From positions 566 through 64,565 of the forward strand of contig JBDLUA010000001.1 of the NCBI GenBank assembly GCA_039805545.1: DNA of 64,000 bases, given 5' to 3'. Position 1 is the stretch's first letter; the number at the start of each line of letters is the position of its first letter. Positions 47,705 through 56,487 of the stretch are shown piece by piece. The notes beneath the pieces were generated by a model that worked only from the letters and a program-made list of their open reading frames with translations, had not been told where the DNA came from and did not search any database. Source of the DNA: Candidatus Parcubacteria bacterium (GTDB lineage Bacteria > Patescibacteriota > Minisyncoccia > Phycocordibacterales > JAACPR01). A program made the translations under genes and the position numbers.

Positions 47705-50278
47705 TTACCCTTTAATAACGAAACTCACCAATTTTTGAGGAACATAAATTTCTTTAACAATCTCTTTACCTTCTATCCATCGAAGTACTTCAGGATTTGA
47801 TTTTGCTTGAGCAAGAATTTCTTCTTTTGAAAGATTTGGATCAACTTCAAGTACTGTTCGCGTCTTTCCGTTCACTTGAACGGCAATTTTGAGCTTCTGA
47901 TCGGCAAGTATAGATACATCAGGGGTACTAAATAATTGATTGTAAATCAAATCACTCTCTCCTATTGATGACCAGATCTCTTGTGCAAGGTGTGGCGCAT
48001 ATGTTTCAAATACTACTAAGAATTTTTTGAATGTATCTTTTGAAAATTCTGTTTTTTCCAAAGAATTAATACATACCATTAATTTAGAAAGGCCTGTATT
48101 AAATTTAAGTTGTTCAAAATCAGTTGTGATTTGTGAAAGAAGTGTGTTTATTGCAACAAGTGCCTCTTTTGAATCTTGCGTGGAAACTTTTTCTACAAGT
48201 GAATACACTCGTTCAAAGAATCTTCGAATTCCAACTACACCGTTTGGATCCCATGGATAATTTCCTGCTTCTCCATATGGCCCCATAAATGCAAGATATG
48301 CACGCACCACATCAGCGCCAACTCGTTCCACTACTTCATCAGGATTAATTACATTTCCTTTTGACTTACTCATCTTATCTCCATCTGTCCCAAGAATAAG
48401 TCCTCTGTTATTTCTCTTATTAAAAGGTTCTGATTGCGGAACAATTCCAAGGTCATACATTACTTTGTATACAAATCGTGCATACAATAAGTGTCGTGTA
48501 GTATGTTCACTTCCTCCAGAATAAAAATCAATCGGAAGCCATGTCTTCTTTGCTTGTTCTGAGGCAATTTCTGTATCATTCTTAGGATCAATGTATCGTG
48601 TGTAATACCAACTTGAATCAACAAATGTATCAAGAGTATCTGTCTCTCGCTCTGCTTTGCTGCCACATTGAGGACAAGATGCCTCTACCCACTCATGATT
48701 GTGTGCAAGTGGAGACTTACCGTCATCTCGCATTTCGATCTTATCCATATCAGGAAGAACAACAGGAAGCTGATCCTCAGGTACAGGAATAGTTCCACAA
48801 GATGTACAATGAATCATCGGAATAGGACAACCCCAATATCGTTGCCGTGATACTGACCAATCTTGAAGTTTGTATGTTGTTGTCTTTTCTCCGTATTTTG
48901 ATGTGATAGCATCTTTGGCTTGTTCTGATGTAAGTCCGTTGAATTCTCCGGAGTTAAAGATTAGAGCATTATCGCCTACAAAAGGTTTCTTTCCATTTAG
49001 ATAATCTTCATTGAGTTTTGTTAGTTCTTCAGTAGAATCAAAATCTTTGTTAAAAGAACCATCAACCCTAATAACATTTGGCCGTAAAACAACTTTAATC
49101 TCTAAATTATATTTTTGAGCAAATTCAAAATCTCTATCATCATGTGCAGGTACTGCCATTACACACCCTGTTCCGTATGTTGCGATTACATAATCAGAAA
49201 TAAACACAGGAATTTCTCTTCCTGTCGCTGGATGAAGTGCTTTGATTCCTTTAAGTTCAACCCCTGTCTTATCTTTGTTTGTTTGTCTATCAAGATCAGT
49301 TTTTTTATTTGTTTGATCAATATAGGTTTGAACTTCTGACCAATTTGAAATAGATGGTTTTAATGTTTGAACAAGATCGTGTTCTGGCGCAACAACAACA
49401 TAAGTAACACCCATAAATGTATCTGGTCGTGTAGTGAAGACTTTTATTTGAAGGTTACCTTGTGCATTAGTGAAGTCTGCAAGCGGAGTTTGGTGATCCT
49501 GGATCCTCGCCTCCGCGAGGATGACGTCATTGGGAGCAGGGATGACACCACCCGTTCCTTTAATATCGAATGTAAAAAAAGTTCCATGGCTTCGTCCAAT
49601 CCAATTCTTTTGTGCTTCTTTGATGTGATGGGGCCAATTAAGAGAATCAAGATCATCGATAAGTCTATCTGCATACTTTGTAATCTCGATATTCCATTGT
49701 TTCATTTCTTTTTGTTCAACGGCGCTACTGCATCGTTCACATACTCCACCTTCGAGTTGTTCATTTGCAAGAACAGTTTTACAAGAAGGACACCAATTCA
49801 CATGAGTTTGCTCGTGCTTTACTAATCCTTTTTTATAAAATTGAAGAAACAACCATTGCGTCCATTTATAATATTCTGGATCAGATGTAACAACCTTGGT
49901 ATCCCAGTCAATCATTGTTCCCATACTCTTTACCTGTTCAATCATCTTTTCGATATTCGAATAGGTCCAAGTCTTAGGATTAAGGCCTCGCTTGATAGCG
50001 GCGTTCTCAGCAGGAAGACCAAAAGAATCAAAACCAAATGGAAATAGCACATCTTTACCAAGATGGTGCATATATCGCGCAAAAATATCAGTCACGGCAA
50101 AGGCATACCAATGCCCTACATGAAGATCTCCTGAAGGATACGGAAATTCTACAAGGAGATATGATTTATCTTTTGGATTTGGATTTGTTTTGAAAAGGTT
50201 TTTTGATTCCCATTCTTTTTGCCATTTAGATTCGATTTCTTTATGATTGTAGTCTTTCATATGTAGTGATGATACCAC
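47705..50278 (-). CDS. leuS: leucyl-tRNA synthetase carrying an in-frame palindromic repeat insertion
   Basis: HVGHWYAF (HIGH) and KMSKSKGN motifs and the CP1 editing domain. The repeat at 49494-49530 encodes NDVILAEARIQD in-frame. Confidence 0.95.
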   Translation of the reverse strand: MVSSLHMKDYNHKEIESKWQKEWESKNLFKTNPNPKDKSYLLVEFPYPSGDLHVGHWYAFAVTDIFARYMHHLGKDVLFPFGFDSFGLPAENAAIKRGLNPKTWTYSNIEKMIEQVKSMGTMIDWDTKVVTSDPEYYKWTQWLFLQFYKKGLVKHEQTHVNWCPSCKTVLANEQLEGGVCERCSSAVEQKEMKQWNIEITKYADRLIDDLDSLNWPHHIKEAQKNWIGRSHGTFFTFDIKGTGGVIPAPNDVILAEARIQDHQTPLADFTNAQGNLQIKVFTTRPDTFMGVTYVVVAPEHDLVQTLKPSISNWSEVQTYIDQTNKKTDLDRQTNKDKTGVELKGIKALHPATGREIPVFISDYVIATYGTGCVMAVPAHDDRDFEFAQKYNLEIKVVLRPNVIRVDGSFNKDFDSTEELTKLNEDYLNGKKPFVGDNALIFNSGEFNGLTSEQAKDAITSKYGEKTTTYKLQDWSVSRQRYWGCPIPMIHCTSCGTIPVPEDQLPVVLPDMDKIEMRDDGKSPLAHNHEWVEASCPQCGSKAERETDTLDTFVDSSWYYTRYIDPKNDTEIASEQAKKTWLPIDFYSGGSEHTTRHLLYARFVYKVMYDLGIVPQSEPFNKRNNRGLILGTDGDKMSKSKGNVINPDEVVERVGADVVRAYLAFMGPYGEAGNYPWDPNGVVGIRRFFERVYSLVEKVSTQDSKEALVAINTLLSQITTDFEQLKFNTGLSKLMVCINSLEKTEFSKDTFKKFLVVFETYAPHLAQEIWSSIGESDLIYNQLFSTPDVSILADQKLKIAVQVNGKTRTVLEVDPNLSKEEILAQAKSNPEVLRWIEGKEIVKEIYVPQKLVSFVIKG
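49494..49530. repeat. palindromic repeat element, in-frame inside leuS
   Basis: TGATCCTGGATCCTCGCCTCCGCGAGGATGACGTCAT. It is a perfect match to the cysS copy over the core. Confidence 0.8.
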
Positions 50279-50550
50279 TATTCTTGTATTTTTAAAGTAT
50301 AAAAAAGAAAAAGCGCACCCTGCCCACAGTGCGCTTAGTTCGAAACAATCGTTTCTCTCTTTTTTTCAAGATAGTCCTTGACGGCAAGATGAACCAGTTC
50401 TCACAATGAGCAAAGTCCTTTAATGGGGCAAGAAGACTCATAAGGCGACTCTCTGATCCCGTCACAAAACCCTCACCGGATGAAGTGAAATTGAATCAGA
50501 TATATTCCTCTGAGTAAGATAAGTATATTTATTTTATTAAACAAAGCAAG

Positions 50551-51645
50551 TTAAACCAAAAACTCCATCACATCTCCATCAATCACTACATGATCTTTCC
50601 CCACTGTTTTAATCCAGCCCTTCTCTCGAGCTGCTGCGTGTGAACCGGCTTCGATAAGCTTGTCCCATGGAATAAGTGTTGCTCGAATAAATTTTTCTCT
50701 AAAATCTGTATGGATAGATGCTCCTGCCTCAGGTGCAGTTGCTCCAAGATGAGTTGTCCAGGCTCGTGTTTCCTTCTCACCTGTTGTGAAATATGTAATA
50801 AGTCCAAGCATTTCGTATGACTTTTTGATAAGTGCATCAAGCCCTCCATCAATCCCCATTTCTCTCTTCATTTCTGTCCGCTCTTCTTCTGAGAGTTCAT
50901 TCATATCAAGTTCACTTGCTGCATCAACTTTTACATAGGTAAAATTATGTTCTTGAAAATAATCAATGAGTTTGATATATCGTTCATCATTTAAGTCATC
51001 AAGATTCTTTCCTCCTGTTTTCTTATTTAGTGCATATAAAATTGGTTTTGCAGACATAAGGTGAAGTCCTTTGAGAAGTTTTTCTTCATCTTCATCAAGT
51101 TCGAGTTGATTTGCCATCTTCTCTGATTCAAGAACTTCTTTTACTTTTGTAAGAAGATCTGCTTCTTTTACTGCATTCTTATCACCTCGCTTCGCATCCT
51201 TCTCAATTGTTCCAAGTCTTTTGTTTACGGTTTCAAGATCAGCCATAATTAATTCAAGATTAATTACTTGAATATCAGAAAGAGGATCAACACTCCCGTG
51301 TACATGTGTAATGTTTGAATCTTCAAATATTCGAACCACTTCAAGAATCGCATCTGTCTCTCGAATGTTTGCGAGGAATTTGTTTCCGAGCCCTTCACCC
51401 TTTGATGCACCTTTCACAAGACCGGCAATGTCTGTAAATTCTACAACAGCAGGAATAGTTTTTTGTGTTTTAGAAAAATCTGAAAGTTTGTAGAGTCGAT
51501 CGTCTGGCACAGGAACAATTCCAACTGATGGATCAATTGTACAAAAAGGATAGTTCTCAGCTGGAACTGAGTTCTTTGTTAATGCATTGAATAAAGTTGA
51601 TTTACCTACGTTTGGGAGGCCTACAACGCCGATTGATAGTGACAT
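50551..51645 (-). CDS. ychF: ribosome-binding ATPase YchF (Obg-family GTPase)
   Basis: G1 motif GVVGLPNVGKSTLFNALT and a C-terminal TGS domain. Confidence 0.9.
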   Translation of the reverse strand: MSLSIGVVGLPNVGKSTLFNALTKNSVPAENYPFCTIDPSVGIVPVPDDRLYKLSDFSKTQKTIPAVVEFTDIAGLVKGASKGEGLGNKFLANIRETDAILEVVRIFEDSNITHVHGSVDPLSDIQVINLELIMADLETVNKRLGTIEKDAKRGDKNAVKEADLLTKVKEVLESEKMANQLELDEDEEKLLKGLHLMSAKPILYALNKKTGGKNLDDLNDERYIKLIDYFQEHNFTYVKVDAASELDMNELSEEERTEMKREMGIDGGLDALIKKSYEMLGLITYFTTGEKETRAWTTHLGATAPEAGASIHTDFREKFIRATLIPWDKLIEAGSHAAAREKGWIKTVGKDHVVIDGDVMEFLV

Positions 51646-51647
51646 AC

Positions 51648-51881
51648 CTACTTCTTATACTTCATCATTGCTCTTTGGAGCTCATCTTTGTGATCCATCA
51701 TTACTTGCATCATTGCAGTTTGTTGGTCAATTCCTTTCTTTACCTTTGCTTGAATTTCAGTCGAAATAGTCTTGAGAAGTTCTGGATTCTCATCAATAAG
51801 GTTCATAATCATTTCTTGTTGGTCCTTAGGCATGTCTTTAATTTGCCGTTTTACCATTTGTTTCATTACAAAATTTAACAT
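51648..51881 (-). CDS. hypothetical small Met/Gln-rich protein
   Basis: About 77 aa from internal M (MLNFVMKQ...). The longer annotated ORF would run through the upstream terminator hairpin at 51921-51944. Confidence 0.3.
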   Translation of the reverse strand: MLNFVMKQMVKRQIKDMPKDQQEMIMNLIDENPELLKTISTEIQAKVKKGIDQQTAMMQVMMDHKDELQRAMMKYKK

Positions 51882-52165
51882 AGTGGTTAGAGTGTACAAT
51901 AAAATGGATAAAAATGAAATGGCGGCGGGCCGTACGGCCCGCCCCCAAGTGGAATTAGACGTGTGGGAATTTCCCAAAGAAATCGGTCTCCCTCAATGGA
52001 TGTTTTTCTTCATCTTGAGTTGAAGCAGAGCGAAGTCTTCGCTCAAATTCCTGATTCAGAATATTTCTATCAAAGGGTGTAGTGAATTTACCCTGTGAGA
52101 GACCAAGAATCTCAAACCAGTTATTATCTGGTTCAGAGGAGCTATGCATAAACTGATACTAACAT

Positions 52166-52240
52166 GAGATCCTCGCCTCCGCGAGGATGACGAAAAATAT
52201 AGTCCCCCTCGTCTTCACGAGGGTCCTTGTTTTTCGTCAC
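52166..52240. mobile_element. variant palindromic repeat element (core palindrome plus a second CCCTCG/CGAGGG hairpin, flanked by short inverted repeats GACGAAAAA / TTTTTCGTC)
   Basis: GATCCTCGCCTCCGCGAGGATGACG at 52166-52192. TCCCCCTCGTCTTCACGAGGGTCC at 52203-52226. Confidence 0.65.
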
Positions 52241-53187
52241 TTCAAATAATACCTCACATTCTTCTTATGTTGATCATATGTAGTTGAGCAATGAATGTTT
52301 CCTCTTTTGTCATGTAAATAGAATATACAGTCTGTTTTAAGTGGGTTAAGGGCAGCCTTGATTGCCTCCTTACCAGGAGTTGCAATTGGTGTTGGTGGAA
52401 GACCAATATTTTGGTATGTGTTGTATGGAGACTCTAGTTTTTTGTCTTCTGCTTTAGGTGCAGGCCACCAATTTTCTTCATCTCCTTTGATATATTGAAG
52501 TGTTGCATCAATTTGAAGTGGCATACCAATTTCAATTCGATTATGAATAATTCCAGAAATAATACGCATATCTGACTTTCCTGCGGCTTCTCTTTGAATT
52601 AAAGATGCAATAGTAATAACTTGTGGAATTGAAATGTCTTTTTTATTTAAACCAAGTTCTTTAATAACTTCTTGAAAAGTATCTTGCATTGTTTGTTCAA
52701 CAATATCCGCATCTTCTTCCTTGTGTATTAAGTATGTTCCAGACGCAAGAAAACCTTCTTGACCTTTAAGCGGGCATACTGGTTGAACTTCTGCGAGTGT
52801 AATTATTTTTTCTTTTTCCCAATCAAGCTTTGTTCCTATAAGATCTGCAATTTGCCCCTTTCGATACCCTTCTGGAATAGAAACATATTTATATTCTGGT
52901 TCATCCAAAGCAACAGCAGTCGATACTGCACCCATTCCCTTTGAAAACACATACTCTCCTGGTTCTAAATCATTTTTGAATGAAAGCATTACTTGTACGA
53001 GCAATTGAGAAAAACCATTTGTAATGAGACCTTTTTCTTTAAGAGTATTTATAAAAGATTCCTTATCTCCAGTATACGGAACATACACAACACTTTTTGA
53101 TTGAGATTTTGAAATCGCAATAAAGAGCATAAAACAAAAAAATATAACAAAAAAGGATTTAAATGTATGAGTAGAAATGTATTTCAT
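52237..53187 (-). CDS. MltG/YceG-like endolytic transglycosylase (second paralog)
   Basis: N-terminal TM. MPLQIDATLQYIKG and SPYNTYQNIGLPPTPIATPG parallel the copy at 44326-45270. Confidence 0.75.
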   Translation of the reverse strand: MKYISTHTFKSFFVIFFCFMLFIAISKSQSKSVVYVPYTGDKESFINTLKEKGLITNGFSQLLVQVMLSFKNDLEPGEYVFSKGMGAVSTAVALDEPEYKYVSIPEGYRKGQIADLIGTKLDWEKEKIITLAEVQPVCPLKGQEGFLASGTYLIHKEEDADIVEQTMQDTFQEVIKELGLNKKDISIPQVITIASLIQREAAGKSDMRIISGIIHNRIEIGMPLQIDATLQYIKGDEENWWPAPKAEDKKLESPYNTYQNIGLPPTPIATPGKEAIKAALNPLKTDCIFYLHDKRGNIHCSTTYDQHKKNVRYYLK

Positions 53188-53240
53188 GTAACATCATTAT
53201 TATATCAGTACATTTTTTATATATGAAAATATTTGTACAC

Positions 53241-53279
53241 AAAAGTGGCGGACTCTTCGGGTCCGCCACTTTATGTTTT
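53241..53279 (-). terminator. intrinsic terminator with a UUCG-loop hairpin
   Basis: AAAAGTGGCGGACTCTTCGGGTCCGCCACTTT. Confidence 0.55.
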
Positions 53280-53293
53280 AAACTAAACTATAA

Positions 53294-54082
53294 TTAAATA
53301 GCTCCGTTTACATTATTAAGTGTAATTCCACTTAATACATAATCAGTAATGTTTGTATTAAATACATTTACTGCACCTGATGTAGAATTGTTTTTATATT
53401 CAATTCCTGTAAGTGTAAGTATTCCATTTAGTAAAGCTGATGTGTTACCAAGATTTTCAAGAGTTATATTTGTTGAAAATGATGCAGTTGCATTTGGAGA
53501 AACTTTCCAATAGCTTCCAACATCTGTTGCATCAGCACTTGTTACAGTTGCAGTAACACTTGAAACAGATCCTGTTGCGGGTGTGCCGTTTAATTTTACA
53601 TAATCCAAGTTCACTGTTTTTGGCATATAGAGATCTACATTAGATGCAGTTACATTAAATCTAAATCCGTATCGTCCTGATGTGTATGTATCAAGAACTC
53701 GTGTTGTTCCTACAAACCCAAATGTTTCACTTCCATCTGGTGTAACAGTTGGTGTTTCGGAATCTTCATCTCCTTCAGTGTTGTCTGTGGTTGTTGAGTT
53801 TGACATTGAACTTCGAAGTGCAAAAGCTGCTTCGTATAAATCTTTAAGAGTAATAGTTCCGTTTGTTTTATCAGAAGCGCCCATAAATTCTCCAGAACCA
53901 AGTTCTGCTGTTGTTGATGCAGTAATAAGATTATAGATTTCTTCGATACTGTACATTGTTTCTCCTGGTGCTGATGTTGGGTACAGAGTACCTGTTCCGG
54001 CTGACACAGCTGCAGATGCTGATGTTACATTGATACCAACAAAGGCTGCTGCAACAATTGATGTAATTATTATATTTTTCAT
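53294..54082 (-). CDS. secreted Ser/Thr-rich protein
   Basis: Signal peptide (MKNIIITSIVAAAFVGINVTSASA) and a low-complexity T/S/N-rich mature region. Confidence 0.45.
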   Translation of the reverse strand: MKNIIITSIVAAAFVGINVTSASAAVSAGTGTLYPTSAPGETMYSIEEIYNLITASTTAELGSGEFMGASDKTNGTITLKDLYEAAFALRSSMSNSTTTDNTEGDEDSETPTVTPDGSETFGFVGTTRVLDTYTSGRYGFRFNVTASNVDLYMPKTVNLDYVKLNGTPATGSVSSVTATVTSADATDVGSYWKVSPNATASFSTNITLENLGNTSALLNGILTLTGIEYKNNSTSGAVNVFNTNITDYVLSGITLNNVNGAI

Positions 54083-54097
54083 ACGATTATTTTTAAT

Positions 54098-55009
54098 TTA
54101 GAAACCTTTTAATGCAAGAAAAGCTCGTGTAATTGGTCCAAAATATCCAGAAGCAGGAATAATTCCGTTATCTGCTTGATATTTAGCAAGAGCTGTTTTT
54201 GTAAGAAGACCAAAGTATTCAGTCTCGTTTCCAGGAGAACCTGGTCCTGATTCTGCTAATTTGTATCCAAGACTATTAAGTAATTGCTGTAATTTTTTAA
54301 CATTTGGATGTGTCATTCCAAAATATAAATCAATTGTACTAGAAGAAATTCTATTACCATCTAAAGAAGAGCCGTCTGGTTGATTTGTTGCCGGATAAAT
54401 CATTTCAGATGCAGAAAGTGTTCCAGCTGGAGCAGAAGAAGTATTGTTTGAACTTGTTCTTCGTCCACCAGTTCTTGTTTTAGAACTACCTGAATTGTTT
54501 CCAGAATCTGTTGATGTTGCAGTATCGCCACCATCGGTTGATGTTGCAACAGTATCTTTCTTCCAAGAAGTTGATACTTTAAAACTAATATCTTCGCATG
54601 TGCCTGTATTTAAACAGTTAAATGATACATATCCGACATTTGGAGAATATGCATATCCAAGAAAATCTCCATTAGCATCAATAGATACACCACTAAAGTC
54701 TATCCATCCAATGTTCTCTCCCCACGCATATCCACTCAACATACCTTCTCCATTATTTGTAACTCCATATTCGACAGAATCACAGTTTTCAGTATTGGAA
54801 CAATTGAGAGATATCCAGCCCGTATTACTACTATACGCATAGCCGTTTAATTCAGAGCCTGTAACCTCAGTATTACCGAGATCTGAACCAAAGTCTATCC
54901 ATCCAATGTTCTCTCCCCACGCATATCTATTAAATGAGTCTATATTCGTAGCTCCTGCATACTGAGGCGCAAGAACTAGCATAGACAAAACCACTATTGC
55001 TTTTTTCAT
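54098..55009 (-). CDS. secreted protein with GW-type repeats and a C-terminal peptidoglycan-binding (PG_binding_1-like) domain
   Basis: Signal peptide. Repeats GYAWGENIGWIDF and GYAYSxNxGWISxNC. An S/T/G-rich linker. C-terminal LQQLLNSLGYKL...TKTALAKYQADNGI. Confidence 0.55.
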   Translation of the reverse strand: MKKAIVVLSMLVLAPQYAGATNIDSFNRYAWGENIGWIDFGSDLGNTEVTGSELNGYAYSSNTGWISLNCSNTENCDSVEYGVTNNGEGMLSGYAWGENIGWIDFSGVSIDANGDFLGYAYSPNVGYVSFNCLNTGTCEDISFKVSTSWKKDTVATSTDGGDTATSTDSGNNSGSSKTRTGGRRTSSNNTSSAPAGTLSASEMIYPATNQPDGSSLDGNRISSSTIDLYFGMTHPNVKKLQQLLNSLGYKLAESGPGSPGNETEYFGLLTKTALAKYQADNGIIPASGYFGPITRAFLALKGF

Positions 55010-55133
55010 ACCTCATTTCAGACTATAACTCTTCCTGAGTTTGTCAAGCACTCTTAAAAGCCACCCTCCCATAATAGAGAAAGAAAATCCACCACGCGTG
55101 ACGTGGCGGATTTTGGGTTCGAAAGCAAATCCC

Positions 55134-55370
55134 TCAGGATTGCGCGATTTTGTCACGCAAAAGATTAGAGAGAAAAGTCATCGAAGTGAAGTGCTGCCTT
55201 CTTGCAGATTGTTCAGCTCTTTCATAGAGCGCAGACCGAGCAGGGTTTTGTTCTTTGAGTTGAGAAAGTCTCGTCATCTCAGAAGCAAACTCTTGTGTGC
55301 AACGCTCCTGCCGTGCAAGAATGTCTTGCACGAAGGCTTGTGCCCACTCAACTGCTTGAGCGTCTTCCAT
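55134..55370 (-). CDS. small hypothetical ORF. An in-frame upstream segment (55387-55454) is separated from it by a single TGA. It may be a pseudogene or two small ORFs.
   Basis: The minus-strand product has balanced, helical composition. The overlapping plus ORF 55041..55496 is L/S/R/C-rich and looks antisense. Confidence 0.25.
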   Translation of the reverse strand: MEDAQAVEWAQAFVQDILARQERCTQEFASEMTRLSQLKEQNPARSALYERAEQSARRQHFTSMTFLSNLLRDKIAQS

Positions 55371-55537
55371 CCTTGCAAGTCATTGCTTGAATTGGGCAAG
55401 GAGTTCTTGCAAAGTCTCCTCTGCTGTTTGGAGCAATTTTTCAGGGTCGTTCATCGGTGTCTGAGGTATATGTTTGTTCGGGTTGTCAGTATTTAAACAC
55501 TGAATGTGTGGTGTGTCAACACTCTAAGCCAAAACCT

Positions 55538-56077
55538 CTACTCGGTTTCTACAATCGTTTTTAAAAGCGATTTATTATATGAATTAGTTTTCTTCATTTC
55601 GTCAATTTCTGAAGCACTTAATAAACTCGTCACGATTTCAAATTTAAAATTGGAATTCATTTGATCTATAAGAATAATGGTCTCTCTCATATCATCTTTT
55701 GTTGCTCCATCCACATCTAATTTTTTAAATGCTTTACCAAGTAAAATACTATTATTTGCGAATTTATTCATCTGCATCTTCCCTTCTATACAAGTAAGAG
55801 AAGTCGATTCCCATTCATATTCATAATTTTGGCAATCAATTCCTTTTGCAATTTCAAGTATCTCTTGCCCGTCGGTAATAAATGATGAGCCCACTGTATC
55901 CCAAGAAGCTAAGTCTTCTTCTTTTACATTATTTACATATTGTTCTGCTTGTTCCTGTGTTAACCCTGTATCATTTGCAAAATTTTTAGCAACATCAGTT
56001 TGACTAATAGTATAAGCAGTACCTCCAACCAATAATGTAATAACTCCCCCAATAACCGCATTTTTAATATTATTCAT
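55538..56077 (-). CDS. hypothetical secreted or membrane-anchored protein
   Basis: 179-aa with N-terminal TM (AVIGGVITLLVGGTAYTI). Confidence 0.4.
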   Translation of the reverse strand: MNNIKNAVIGGVITLLVGGTAYTISQTDVAKNFANDTGLTQEQAEQYVNNVKEEDLASWDTVGSSFITDGQEILEIAKGIDCQNYEYEWESTSLTCIEGKMQMNKFANNSILLGKAFKKLDVDGATKDDMRETIILIDQMNSNFKFEIVTSLLSASEIDEMKKTNSYNKSLLKTIVETE

Positions 56078-56204
56078 ATTTTTAATTTGTTTAATCTGAT
56101 TTTATGCAAAAAGATTGACCTAAGTTCTATTTATATTTTTGCATATTCACTATCTAAAGCCTACTCCTTTAGAAAAAATAATCAAATAAATTAATATTCT
56201 CGAC

Positions 56205-56400
56205 AGGACTTGACCCACAGGTACTAAGCTCACTGCGTCGCAAGCTCCTTGTTCACTAAGTACTGTTGGGTCGCGGCTCGGCCATCCCAGATCTGCTTCA
56301 CTCCGTTTCGCAGATGCAGGGGCCCTAGGCCTCCGCCGTTCAACTCCTGCGGATTCCACTAAAAATCAAAAACCGAAATGCATTCGCATTTCGGTTCTGA
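56205..56400 (+). ncRNA. candidate GC-rich small RNA (~190 nt), strand and class uncertain
   Basis: GC-rich island between a -10 TAATAT (56192-56197, weak -35 TTAGAA) and a bidirectional hairpin terminator at 56371-56406. The 5' CAGGACUUGAC can pair with the 3' GUUCAACUCCUG. There is an internal local hairpin CCCACAGGUACUAAG / CUAAGUACUGUUGGG. The annotated 69-aa minus ORF is not protein-like. Confidence 0.35.
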
Positions 56401-56487
56401 TTTTTATGTGGACTTGGATATTTTTTTGTTGAACCAGGTTATGAAAGAGTTGATAGTATTAAAAGAAATTTTGAAATGAGAGATATC

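Noticed and set aside
55380-55382. Alternative genetic code (UGA as sense codon) suggested by the in-frame TGA
   Set aside because: All long housekeeping ORFs (LeuRS 857 aa, DnaK, AlaRS and others) are intact under the standard code, and their ends coincide with stop codons. There is no general evidence for UGA reassignment.
55041-55496. 151-aa plus-strand ORF
   Set aside because: Its L/S/R/C-rich composition is typical of the antisense of a real gene. The minus-strand frame is more protein-like.
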